Source: a virus | DNA: 64,000 bases | IMG/VR virus record: IMGVR_UViG_3300042566_000599 | Location: 32,346-96,345 of that record | Reading direction: 5' to 3' (one strand) | Shown here: one piece after another, positions 1 to 8,076 of the stretch | Layout: every line of letters begins with the position of its first letter | Position numbering within the stretch: position 1 is the first letter of the stretch | Made by a program: the position numbers and the translations under genes | The notes under the pieces: model-generated | Databases searched by the model: none | What the model was told of the DNA's origin: nothing | Seen by the model: the letters and a program-made list of their open reading frames with translations, nothing else

Positions 1-2
1 GC

Positions 3-281
3 ATTAAGAAGTTACTTAGTGGGAAAGTTCCGACTTCAACAATCAACCAAATCATAAAGATTGTGGATTCCGACATTCGCACCTTGACCTTCGACCACCT
101 ACACACAAGGGGCGATAAGGAACACACAATCGCTAACATGATTCGTGACATTCAACCATTACACAAGATTAAAAAAGAAATACAAAAGTGTGTAGTGCGT
201 TGTCATAACTGCCACGACATTATTACTGTGAAGCGTGCTAAAAATTGGAGATACCACGCCCACAAACAAGTAACTAAATAA
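3..281 (+). CDS. HNH-like endonuclease/Zn-finger protein, 5'-truncated by window edge
   Basis: Frame open from base 3; FDH...IANM...EIQKCVVRCHNCH motif typical of phage HNH-like proteins. Confidence 0.6.
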   Translation: MKKLLSGKVPTSTINQIIKIVDSDIRTLTFDHLHTRGDKEHTIANMIRDIQPLHKIKKEIQKCVVRCHNCHDIITVKRAKNWRYHAHKQVTK

Positions 282-285
282 ATGT

Positions 286-433
286 ATCTAGTGGGGGTTA
301 AAGCGAGTGACCTTTGTAGGTTTCTATTCATTCCCTACAAACTGTTCAAGGCTAAGAACAACCATGACCTCTCATGGGTCTTTGTATTACTCCTTTCAAC
401 CATGAAAGCGAGTTGTATCTGCCCCCACTAGAT
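286..433 (+). ncRNA. Candidate structured RNA / 5' leader
   Basis: 12-bp closing stem ATCTAGTGGGGG (286-297)/CCCCCACTAGAT (422-433) enclosing four hairpins; fills the intergenic gap. Confidence 0.55.
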
Positions 434-457
434 TCCCAATTAAGAAAGGAAGTAGAA

Positions 458-1093
458 ATGCCAAACTGGTGTTTTAACGCTCTTAACATCTCAGTTGAGA
501 GTCCAAAACAATTACAAAAGTTAATGCAAGCAATTACAAATGATTCAGAACAACCTTTCGACTTCAATCGAATAATTCCAATACCTGAAGAACTCGCTAA
601 CACTTCATCACCTAATAAAGATAACGCTGATGAAATGAAAAAGAAGTATGGGTTCTCTGATTGGTATGACTGGCGAGTTACTAACTGGGGAACTAAATGG
701 AACGCCTCTGATGTTGAACTCGACATTGAAACATCACAACAGATTCGTATTCGATTCAATACCGCTTGGTCACCACCAACACCAGTTATTACAAAGATTG
801 CAGAGAAGTTTCCTTTTGCTTTCATAACTTTGGATTGGGAAGAAGAAGGTGGTTACTACGGCAACTCTGAGTACGAGAACGGCAGACTCACTTTAGAACA
901 CGAAGGCGAAATGGATTGTGACTATCGCTGGGAGAAGTGGGGGGAGTGTGCTGAGTGGTGCGAACAATGTGGTGTTTGTGATTGCGAAGTTTGTAATTGC
1001 GAGTATCGCTCACAACAAACGCTTTGTGAAAGATGTAATGACGGCGAACATGGACAACTAAAAGGAGAAACAGATGAACCAACGACAGACTGA
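458..1093 (+). CDS. DUF1281/YubB ferredoxin-like domain protein with Cys-rich C-terminus
   Basis: MPNWCFN start after AGAAAGGA RBS; WYDWRVTNWGTKW and FNTAWSPP motifs. Confidence 0.75.
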   Translation: MPNWCFNALNISVESPKQLQKLMQAITNDSEQPFDFNRIIPIPEELANTSSPNKDNADEMKKKYGFSDWYDWRVTNWGTKWNASDVELDIETSQQIRIRFNTAWSPPTPVITKIAEKFPFAFITLDWEEEGGYYGNSEYENGRLTLEHEGEMDCDYRWEKWGECAEWCEQCGVCDCEVCNCEYRSQQTLCERCNDGEHGQLKGETDEPTTD

Positions 1094-1382
1094 CATAGTT
1101 AAAGGACTTACTCTTGCAAATGAGTTTCTAAAGATTCTTCGTGCGTTTAAGGTGGAACAAGCACATGAGAATCCAATTCCGTTTGAGGTAACTCATTCAT
1201 TAGCAAACGCTCAATTAAATCTCGTAATGGAGAAATACAATTCAGACCCCGAAGATTTAATTTGGGGTCTTGTGCAGGTTGTTGAGATGTTCCTAAAACT
1301 AACTGACACAGACCCCGAAGATTTATCGGGCGCACTAGACCAATTCATTCGCTTCATTGAAGAACAGGAAAACGACAAATGA
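1074..1382 (+). CDS. Hypothetical protein
   Basis: AAAGGAG RBS; overlaps both neighbours. Confidence 0.7.
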   Translation: MNQRQTDIVKGLTLANEFLKILRAFKVEQAHENPIPFEVTHSLANAQLNLVMEKYNSDPEDLIWGLVQVVEMFLKLTDTDPEDLSGALDQFIRFIEEQENDK

Positions 1383-1714
1383 AAAAAGTAAAAGTAAAAA
1401 CACTTCCTTCATCACAACCAAAGAGAGCGACTAACAATCCTGTCTTCAATCTCAAAGTGCCAACACCACGCGACATTGACCAAACTCCATGTCAAAAGAA
1501 TGACCCTGAGATTTGGTTTCCTAGTGGAGAGAACCTTCCTGAAGACACCGAGAAGATAAAAACTGCTAAATCACTATGCGCTCAATGCCACGAAACAACT
1601 AAGTGCCTTTCATTCGCATTATCGAATCGGATTCGTTATGGGATTTGGGGTGGCACTACTGAATCAGAACGACAGACACTTATTCGTAGAGCAGAACGGA
1701 GTAAAACTAAATGA
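1379..1714 (+). CDS. whiB: WhiB-family Fe-S transcription factor
   Basis: C-x-x-x-DPEIWFP...AKSLCAQC...C...YGIWGG. Confidence 0.9.
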   Translation: MKKVKVKTLPSSQPKRATNNPVFNLKVPTPRDIDQTPCQKNDPEIWFPSGENLPEDTEKIKTAKSLCAQCHETTKCLSFALSNRIRYGIWGGTTESERQTLIRRAERSKTK

Positions 1715-1962
1715 CACCTACCTACACAGTTCGCGTATCTCTTAACTCAGTTACTTATGAAGTGACGGCAGATGATGAAGAACAAGCAATCGAGAAAGCC
1801 CACGAGTTTATCTTGGAAGAATCAACTTACGATTTAGCAAAGTGGGCAGACTATGAAGTAAGTATTGAAGAGTGTGATGTCTGCGAAGCACCTGACGGAA
1901 CACCTCATTGTGATTGTGGTCAATGTGATTGTGGCGAAGACACAGAAGGGAATGAATCATGA
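1711..1962 (+). CDS. Hypothetical acidic protein with Cys-rich tail
   Basis: ATGA overlaps; CDVC...HCDCGQCDC. Confidence 0.7.
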   Translation: MTPTYTVRVSLNSVTYEVTADDEEQAIEKAHEFILEESTYDLAKWADYEVSIEECDVCEAPDGTPHCDCGQCDCGEDTEGNES

Positions 1963-2063
1963 AGTGTAACGATTGTGGCGCAAAAGTTACTTACGAGAGT
2001 ATGACGGAAGAAGGCAACTGGTCATGCTCTGATTGTGGTTGGGATACAGGGGTGAGTGACTAA
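1959..2063 (+). CDS. 34-aa Zn-ribbon microprotein (not in ORF track)
   Basis: MKCNDCGAKVTYESMTEEGNWSCSDCGWDTGVSD; ATGA and TAATG overlaps with neighbours. Confidence 0.7.
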   Translation: MKCNDCGAKVTYESMTEEGNWSCSDCGWDTGVSD

Positions 2064-2506
2064 TGGTTAATACATTCCTTCCGTATCCCGACTTTGTTCA
2101 ATCTGCACAAGCACTCGATTACAAACGACTTGGCAAACAACGAGTAGAAGCGTGGCAGATACTTCGTGCGCTTCGTGGAGAGACAAAAGGTTGGCGTAAT
2201 CACCCAGCAACTAACTTGTGGCGTGGTCACGAGAAGTTACTTTGTGAATACGGAATCGCAGTCTGTGATGAATGGATTGCTCGTGGTTACAAAGACACAA
2301 TGCGTGAGAGATTCGTTGCAATACATTCGACTTACCCTGATTGTGAAATACCAAAATGGTTTGGTAATACAAACTTTCATAATTCACATCAGAGTAATCT
2401 CAATCGCAAAGATTCGACTTACTATCACTTCAACATCACAAACGATTTACCTTATTTGTGGTTCGACAATGAAACAGAACAACTCTATGAAAAGGAATCA
2501 AAGTGA
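2063..2506 (+). CDS. MSMEG_6728-like / pyrimidine-dimer DNA glycosylase (T4 endonuclease V-like)
   Basis: TFLPYPDF...LDYKRLGKQRVEAWQIL...GWRNHPA...W..RGYKDT signature. Confidence 0.8.
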   Translation: MVNTFLPYPDFVQSAQALDYKRLGKQRVEAWQILRALRGETKGWRNHPATNLWRGHEKLLCEYGIAVCDEWIARGYKDTMRERFVAIHSTYPDCEIPKWFGNTNFHNSHQSNLNRKDSTYYHFNITNDLPYLWFDNETEQLYEKESK

Positions 2507-2736
2507 CCGAGAAATCAGAATGGCTAACAAACGAACAGGTAAGTGAGTTACTGGGGTTGAAGTATTCAACTCTCTACACTTATCGAAGAAGGAACACTCT
2601 TCCTGAACCCGATACATACATTGGAAGAACTCCTGTATGGAATCGAAAGACAATCGAAGAATGGAAAAACAATCGCAGAGAAACTGAGATTGAGTTAATA
2701 CCCGACCAACTAACAGAACAGGAAAACAAATCATGA
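2503..2736 (+). CDS. AlpA/excisionase-like HTH DNA-binding protein
   Basis: LTNEQVSELLGLKYSTLYTYRRRNTLPEPD...W...IEEW. Confidence 0.8.
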   Translation: MTEKSEWLTNEQVSELLGLKYSTLYTYRRRNTLPEPDTYIGRTPVWNRKTIEEWKNNRRETEIELIPDQLTEQENKS

Positions 2737-3011
2737 GAATAAAATTAAATAAGGAATCAAATCCAAATACATCTTTTGTAATTGGTGTAATGAACAGTTA
2801 TGAATTGAAATCAGGAATTGGAATTGGGTTCTCTTACTTCAATGACGGAACTTTAGATTTTGGATTCGTAATTGGTAAGAGTTACTTCAATCTTGAACTA
2901 TTGTGGGGAAGAGCAGAAGAACTCTCTTACTATGAAGAAGAAGATGAAGCCGAACAGGAACTTGAAGACTGGCTTGGTGAATTAGCAGAACAGGAAAGAC
3001 AGAAGAACTAA
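2733..3011 (+). CDS. Hypothetical protein with acidic C-terminus
   Basis: ATGA overlap, 92 aa. Confidence 0.65.
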   Translation: MRIKLNKESNPNTSFVIGVMNSYELKSGIGIGFSYFNDGTLDFGFVIGKSYFNLELLWGRAEELSYYEEEDEAEQELEDWLGELAEQERQKN

Positions 3012-3058
3012 CACATAGCGGAATAACTCAACTCTTCTAAGTTACTTGGTCACTACCT

Positions 3059-3095
3059 AGACCCTCATTCCCGATACGGAATGGGGGTCTTTTTT
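3059..3095 (+). terminator. Rho-independent terminator of the early operon
   Basis: AGACCCTCATTCC/GGAATGGGGGTCT stem followed by a T run. Confidence 0.8.
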
Positions 3096-3106
3096 ATGCC
3101 CTCTAA

Positions 3107-3205
3107 GTTACTGACCAGTAGAGGGGCTTGCGATTTGCGCTAGATGTTACTGGTGGGTAACTTACTGGTTGTTACTAGCCAGTAACTTACTCGCCAGTAG
3201 AGGGG
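3107..3205. promoter_or_regulatory. Array of GTTACT-N4-AGTAAC palindromes (operator or recombinase sites)
   Basis: Copies at 3107-3122, 3146-3161, 3171-3186, 3186-3201; CCAGTAGAGGGG direct repeat at 3115 and 3194. Confidence 0.6.
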
Positions 3206-3212
3206 GCGTTTT

Positions 3213-4490
3213 ATGGCGTATGTCGTTCAGCGTGGGTCACGATTTACAGGCTATTACCGCATGGGCAAAAAACGCCTGTCTGCTGGCACATGGGGCAGTT
3301 TCAAGGAAGCCCAGTATCAGGCACTACGCATGGAGAATGGGGCTTCTGAGGGGCTTTCAAGGGCTAATTTGACCCTCTCTGAGTATGCCGATAAATGGCT
3401 TCAGAGGGCTGAATTACTGCCTATCACGAAAAAGGGGTATGAATCCCTATGGAAGAGGTACTTAGCCCCTCAAATCGGCTCTAAACAGGTTTCTGAGGTA
3501 TCCACGCTTGAAGTGAGGGAATTGCTGGGCGAATTGAAGGCTCAGGGGGTAGGGGGCGCGACTCTCGCTCAAATCAAGGCGTGTCTAGGCTCTCTCTACA
3601 AATGGTTACAAGAGGGGCAAATTACTCAAACCAACCCAACTAGGGGCATAAAGGTCAAAGTGGGCAAATCGGACATCTCCAATGTGGTCGAGCCTGACCA
3701 GTTCAAGAAGATTGTGACCCACCTACCAACAGAGGGTGCAAAGTTATTTGCAAAGTTCTTAGTTGCTTCAGGGGCGAGATTCGGTGAGGCAAGTGAGATT
3801 CGATTAAAAGATTTTAATTTCAATACAAAAGAAGTTTTTATTCAGAGGCGTGTCAGCGAGTTAGGCAAGAAGCACAACAAGGGAGAAAGATTCCTAGTCG
3901 TAGATGCCACTAAGTCGGGTTACAAGCGTGTAGTGGTGCTACCTGAAGCCCTACTACAAGAGATTCAAGCGTATGTCATGCTAAATCGCATAGGGAAAGA
4001 CGACCTAGTGTTTGAGAAAAGCAAAGTCATACCAAAAGATAAACTAAAGAGTTCTCGTGGCACAGAAAAGTCTTCACGACCATTCGTGAAAGACGGAAAA
4101 CTGTTCCAACATGGCACGCTCAGGGCTTACGCAAGTGGGTCTTGTAGGTGTGATGAGTGTAAGGCGATAGTTCGAGAGTATCGAAGGTCGCAAAGAGCAA
4201 AGTCATACCAAAAGGGTGAGGTCATACCAAAAGAACCGAGCCACTTGCCACGAGATACATGGAGAACCATTTGGAACAAAGCAATAGCCAAATCAGGCAT
4301 GGGTTGGAGTCCAAGAACTCACGATTTGCGTCACGCAAACGCAACGCAGTTACTTAAAAACGGCGTTGATGTGCATGAAGTAAAAGAGCGATTGGGTCAC
4401 CAGTCCATCAAAACTACCGAACGCTATCTCCACCGCGTTCGTCACCAGAAATCAAAGGCGAGTGAAGTTGTCAATGACTTTCTGGGTTAG
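3213..4490 (+). CDS. Tyrosine recombinase/integrase with inserted Zn finger
   Basis: Catalytic R (GARFGE), K (TKS), HxxR (HDLRH), H (LGH), Y; N-terminal arm/core-binding region. Confidence 0.9.
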   Translation: MAYVVQRGSRFTGYYRMGKKRLSAGTWGSFKEAQYQALRMENGASEGLSRANLTLSEYADKWLQRAELLPITKKGYESLWKRYLAPQIGSKQVSEVSTLEVRELLGELKAQGVGGATLAQIKACLGSLYKWLQEGQITQTNPTRGIKVKVGKSDISNVVEPDQFKKIVTHLPTEGAKLFAKFLVASGARFGEASEIRLKDFNFNTKEVFIQRRVSELGKKHNKGERFLVVDATKSGYKRVVVLPEALLQEIQAYVMLNRIGKDDLVFEKSKVIPKDKLKSSRGTEKSSRPFVKDGKLFQHGTLRAYASGSCRCDECKAIVREYRRSQRAKSYQKGEVIPKEPSHLPRDTWRTIWNKAIAKSGMGWSPRTHDLRHANATQLLKNGVDVHEVKERLGHQSIKTTERYLHRVRHQKSKASEVVNDFLG

Positions 4491-5132
4491 GAGAACTGAT
4501 GAAACTAGAAACACAGAATCGGCTTGTAGTGCTAATTCTCAGCACCGCCTTCCTTTCGGGGTTGTTTGGTGTAGGCAGAGTTAGCCCAGCGTTTAGTCCA
4601 ACACGGGCAGAGGCGTTGGTAGTGCAGGTCGAGCAAGAGTCCAGCGACAAGTTGCTTGTTAAGTTCGAGAACTCTCACAAGTTGAGTGACCTAGAACTAG
4701 TAGCCCTATTGAAAGCAGTAGGGTTCGAAGGCAAAGCATTACGAGAAGCATGGGCAGTTGCGAAGAAAGAATCGACAGGAAGACCGCTCGCGCACAATGG
4801 GAACGCCTCAACAGGCGACAACTCATACGGCTTGTTTCAAATAAACATGCTTGGAGAGTTGGGAGAAGAGCGTCGAAAGAAGTTTGGATTGGATTCCAAT
4901 GCCGAACTGCTAAACCCTGTGGTTAATGCCCAAATCGCTTATCACATGAGCGGTGGGGGCGACAACTGGAGTGCGTGGAAGGGAATGACTCAGCGAACCA
5001 GAGAATGGATAGCAAAGTTCCCTGACACTAAACCAAAAGCCAAAGCAATAGCAAAAGGCAAAGGTAATAACTAAATAGGTAAAGCAATAGGTAAAGGCTA
5101 GTAAAGCAAAGTCTTACCAAAAGCAATACCAA
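4020..5132 (+). repeat. Dispersed AGCAAAGTCATACCAAAAG-type direct repeats
   Basis: Exact copies 4020-4038 and 4196-4214; partial 4221-4233; one-mismatch copy 5105-5123; related AAAGCAATA units near 4278 and 5042-5132. Confidence 0.75.
4499..5074 (+). CDS. Lysozyme-like/SLT transglycosylase with N-terminal hydrophobic signal
   Basis: AWAVAKKES...GDNSYGLFQINM...NP..NA.IA motif; hydrophobic N-terminus. Confidence 0.8.
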   Translation: MKLETQNRLVVLILSTAFLSGLFGVGRVSPAFSPTRAEALVVQVEQESSDKLLVKFENSHKLSDLELVALLKAVGFEGKALREAWAVAKKESTGRPLAHNGNASTGDNSYGLFQINMLGELGEERRKKFGLDSNAELLNPVVNAQIAYHMSGGGDNWSAWKGMTQRTREWIAKFPDTKPKAKAIAKGKGNN

Positions 5133-5167
5133 GTGGAGTAGCCCTCTTGATTGGGGGTTACTCCACT
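5132..5167. terminator. Terminator hairpin between convergent genes
   Basis: AGTGGAGTAGCCCTC/GGGGGTTACTCCACT stem, T-rich downstream. Confidence 0.7.
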
Positions 5168-5907
5168 AAGTTTTTGTTTATTAAAAACCTCACTTGTTCC
5201 ATGACCTTAGTTCTTTTTGCAGTCAAATATCTTTCTTTTAATGGTTTGAAAGAAGAATATGTATTTGGAGCAGTACTAATTTCTTCTTCTATGTTTTTTA
5301 AAACAGTTGAGTTTATGTAACGTTTAAAAACAATTTTTTTATTAGTCATAAACTCTACATAAAATAAAGGGTCTCCTTCATTAAAGACCATTGTTCTAGA
5401 AGTTTTTGGTAAAAAGTAATTTAAATGATAAGGCCTATACCAAGAACCAATATCAAACTCTCCTGCAGTTAATATAGCCCCAGGTGCAGGAGTATGAGTG
5501 GGAAAATAAGGAGCAGTAAACTTAGCAATTAGGGGCTCATCAGCAACAAAGTTCCACGACAAATCTATGCTTATGTCATCGTAATTTTCGATAGAAGATG
5601 GTCTTGGTTTATAAGAATCAATTAAACAAGTTGAGTCTAGAGTGTCAAACATGACCTTATACTCATCAATGTTCTTAGGGATGTTTGCTTGAAAAGACAC
5701 TTCATTATAAACAGCATAAACGTTCTTTAACAAAGAGGTTGTCGCTGGACATGCAAATATTGTTTTTGGACCGCTATCACTTACTTTTTGTTTTCTAAGT
5801 GCATTAAACACATGCACTGGTTCTGCATAAAGCAGAGTTCTAGAGAATGCCTCTGGGTTATAACCAGAGGCAGTCCAATAGATTGTTATTGTGTCTTTGT
5901 CCTTCAC
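5158..5907 (-). CDS. Hypothetical protein, divergent dUTPase-fold-like family
   Basis: CPA...GEFDIGSWYRP...FNEGDPLFYVEF pattern parallels 22469 and 51529. Confidence 0.5.
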   Translation of the reverse strand: MKDKDTITIYWTASGYNPEAFSRTLLYAEPVHVFNALRKQKVSDSGPKTIFACPATTSLLKNVYAVYNEVSFQANIPKNIDEYKVMFDTLDSTCLIDSYKPRPSSIENYDDISIDLSWNFVADEPLIAKFTAPYFPTHTPAPGAILTAGEFDIGSWYRPYHLNYFLPKTSRTMVFNEGDPLFYVEFMTNKKIVFKRYINSTVLKNIEEEISTAPNTYSSFKPLKERYLTAKRTKVMEQVRFLINKNLVE

Positions 5908-7931
5908 ACGTTGTCCTTAATGAGTTTTATTTCGCAAGCATCGGTTGTGCAGTACGCTTCTCCGATTGCATCTGCTGCCATTCCAGCATACACTCCGCTG
6001 AAATCAATTGGAAAAACTTCCATTGTTGCTGCTTCATACGCTTCTTTAGTTGTTTGGGTGTACGGCATTTGGGGATAAACATGGTTGCCACTTGGTAAAA
6101 ACGAGACTGTCTTTAACTGACCGTCATACATGTGCAACACAGTACCGATAGCAGAAGACTCTGTCTCTGGGTCAAAACTAATAGTGACACTTACAGAGTT
6201 GTCTGACCAGTATCTCTGGGCTGTAGCAGCAAGTGCCATTTTTTCATAAACACTTACCTCTTTCTCTGAACGTATAGCATCTGACTTTACAGGGAAGAAT
6301 ACGACAGAAGTTGTATCTGGAGATTCGTTTGCTGGTTCAACTTTGTAATTAGCCATTTTGAAGAGCGGCAACATAGGGTCATTGTTAGCAAAACGAATAG
6401 CACGCATGAAGTACTCGCCGCCAACAGACCAGTGAACTCCAGGAGATTCTCCAGCAAGAATAGAGACTGTTCCACTTGGCTTTACAGTCGTAGTCTTTAT
6501 TGATTCACGAATACCCAACCACTCAGAATAGTTTTTATCGTAGTTTTGAATAATGGAATAACCTTTATCCATCCACTCACGTAAGGTTGGCAAACCTTTG
6601 TTATCTGCAAAGTTTGCGACTCCAGAGATAGATGTTCCAATGCGACGATTGCGCTGCATGATGGCGTTGGTCTCTTCCCAGTGAGTAGGAAGAAGCGTTA
6701 CAGTCTTTGCATAGAGATATGCAAACTTTAGGGTGCGCAGGAAGTCTTCCAAGTTCTCGTGGCGATTTAAGTAGGTTTCAACCAAAGTACAGCACTCATA
6801 CGATTCAAGAGACTGTTCGGCACAGGGGTTGTAGCCAGCAGCACGCCAATCTTTATTGTTTGCAGGGTCAGCAAGCCGACCGTACTTACGAGTAACATCC
6901 ATCCAGATAACTCCAGGCTCACCATTACGAGCAATGCCGTCAATGATTGGGGTCAAGTCTTGGCCAACAGATACCTCAACAGAGTTGTTGGACATCCAGC
7001 CGTGAGTCATACGCTCTGGATACTTGTCGTAGTTCTTTAAATTTAAGAAGTCTTCATCGTCAAGTCGTCCCATTAACAACTCGGCAGAACGACGAACATT
7101 TCCAGACACAACACAAACACCAATCATGTTTCCAATGTCTGCAATGTCTCTACGAGTTAACTTTTGACCTGCACGACCGTTAAACATCGAACGAATCAAG
7201 TCGTGAAGTTTGATTAGTGGGTCTGGTCCTGCTGCGGTTCCACCGAACGTCTTGATTGGTTCGCCTGCTGGACGGACTGCTTCGTAATTAAATACTGGAT
7301 TCTTCGAATCTGGTCGTAAGTAGGAATTGATGAGGGCTGCGGTCGATTCGACCCAGCCTTCTCTGGTGTCTGGGATGTCATACGGTTGGTCTCCTTGTGG
7401 TGCGTAGATAGTGAACTCTTTGTCTGCGCCCTTATCATCAAAGCCAACTCCAACTCCAAGCATTGATGCTTCCATTAAGAATGCGAATGGTTTTGCTGGG
7501 TCTGTCTTTGTCATGGAACCAGTTGATACAAATGCACAGTTCTGTAGGGCTGCTGAATTTCGTTGAACATTCACTAGAGGAGTGCCCATAACCCACAGTC
7601 CGCGTCCTGGCGGTGTCCACTTCAAGTTAAATAGTCGGTCAAAGGCTTCTTTAGCAGAGGCTGCTGCTTTGGCGTCAGACCAAGGGAGTCGTTGACTTTT
7701 GGCGTGGTCCTTTTGAAGAGAGTACATACCGTTGATGACGCGTTCACATACGTCGACCCATGTCTCTTTCTGACCATCTTGCTTTAGGCGAGAATAGGTT
7801 CGAAGGAAAGTGATTTCACCAACCGAGTTTCCACCAGCATCTCGATAGCCAAACGGTGCTTTCTTGTCCTTGTACTGGGCAATAAAGTCGTCAGTTAATT
7901 TAAAAGAAAAGTAATTCATTTCCCCTACCAT
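5904..7931 (-). CDS. nrdJ: Class II (adenosylcobalamin) ribonucleoside-triphosphate reductase
   Basis: PPGRGLW, LQNC, VVSGNVRRSA, NPCAEQ, TTVKPSGT and C-terminal CTTDAC motifs. Confidence 0.95.
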   Translation of the reverse strand: MVGEMNYFSFKLTDDFIAQYKDKKAPFGYRDAGGNSVGEITFLRTYSRLKQDGQKETWVDVCERVINGMYSLQKDHAKSQRLPWSDAKAAASAKEAFDRLFNLKWTPPGRGLWVMGTPLVNVQRNSAALQNCAFVSTGSMTKTDPAKPFAFLMEASMLGVGVGFDDKGADKEFTIYAPQGDQPYDIPDTREGWVESTAALINSYLRPDSKNPVFNYEAVRPAGEPIKTFGGTAAGPDPLIKLHDLIRSMFNGRAGQKLTRRDIADIGNMIGVCVVSGNVRRSAELLMGRLDDEDFLNLKNYDKYPERMTHGWMSNNSVEVSVGQDLTPIIDGIARNGEPGVIWMDVTRKYGRLADPANNKDWRAAGYNPCAEQSLESYECCTLVETYLNRHENLEDFLRTLKFAYLYAKTVTLLPTHWEETNAIMQRNRRIGTSISGVANFADNKGLPTLREWMDKGYSIIQNYDKNYSEWLGIRESIKTTTVKPSGTVSILAGESPGVHWSVGGEYFMRAIRFANNDPMLPLFKMANYKVEPANESPDTTSVVFFPVKSDAIRSEKEVSVYEKMALAATAQRYWSDNSVSVTISFDPETESSAIGTVLHMYDGQLKTVSFLPSGNHVYPQMPYTQTTKEAYEAATMEVFPIDFSGVYAGMAADAIGEAYCTTDACEIKLIKDNV

Positions 7932-8076
7932 TTCATCAGATTATCAAATACCCCATAAGGGGAGACCTATTGTGCTTGTGTAAAACCTATCATGCACTTG
8001 TTAACTTCGTTTAATACTTTTTTCAACCTATGCAGTATGAACCCTGTTTCATACCTTGATAATTGCTGTTATCAGA

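Noticed and set aside
286-433. Cobalamin riboswitch or tRNA identity for the structured RNA
   Set aside because: No B12 box or GGGAA/T-loop core, no TTC T-loop or 7-nt anticodon arm, and it is far from nrdJ
3107-3201. LexA SOS boxes
   Set aside because: The actinobacterial box is GAAC-N4-GTTC; these read GTTACT-N4-AGTAAC
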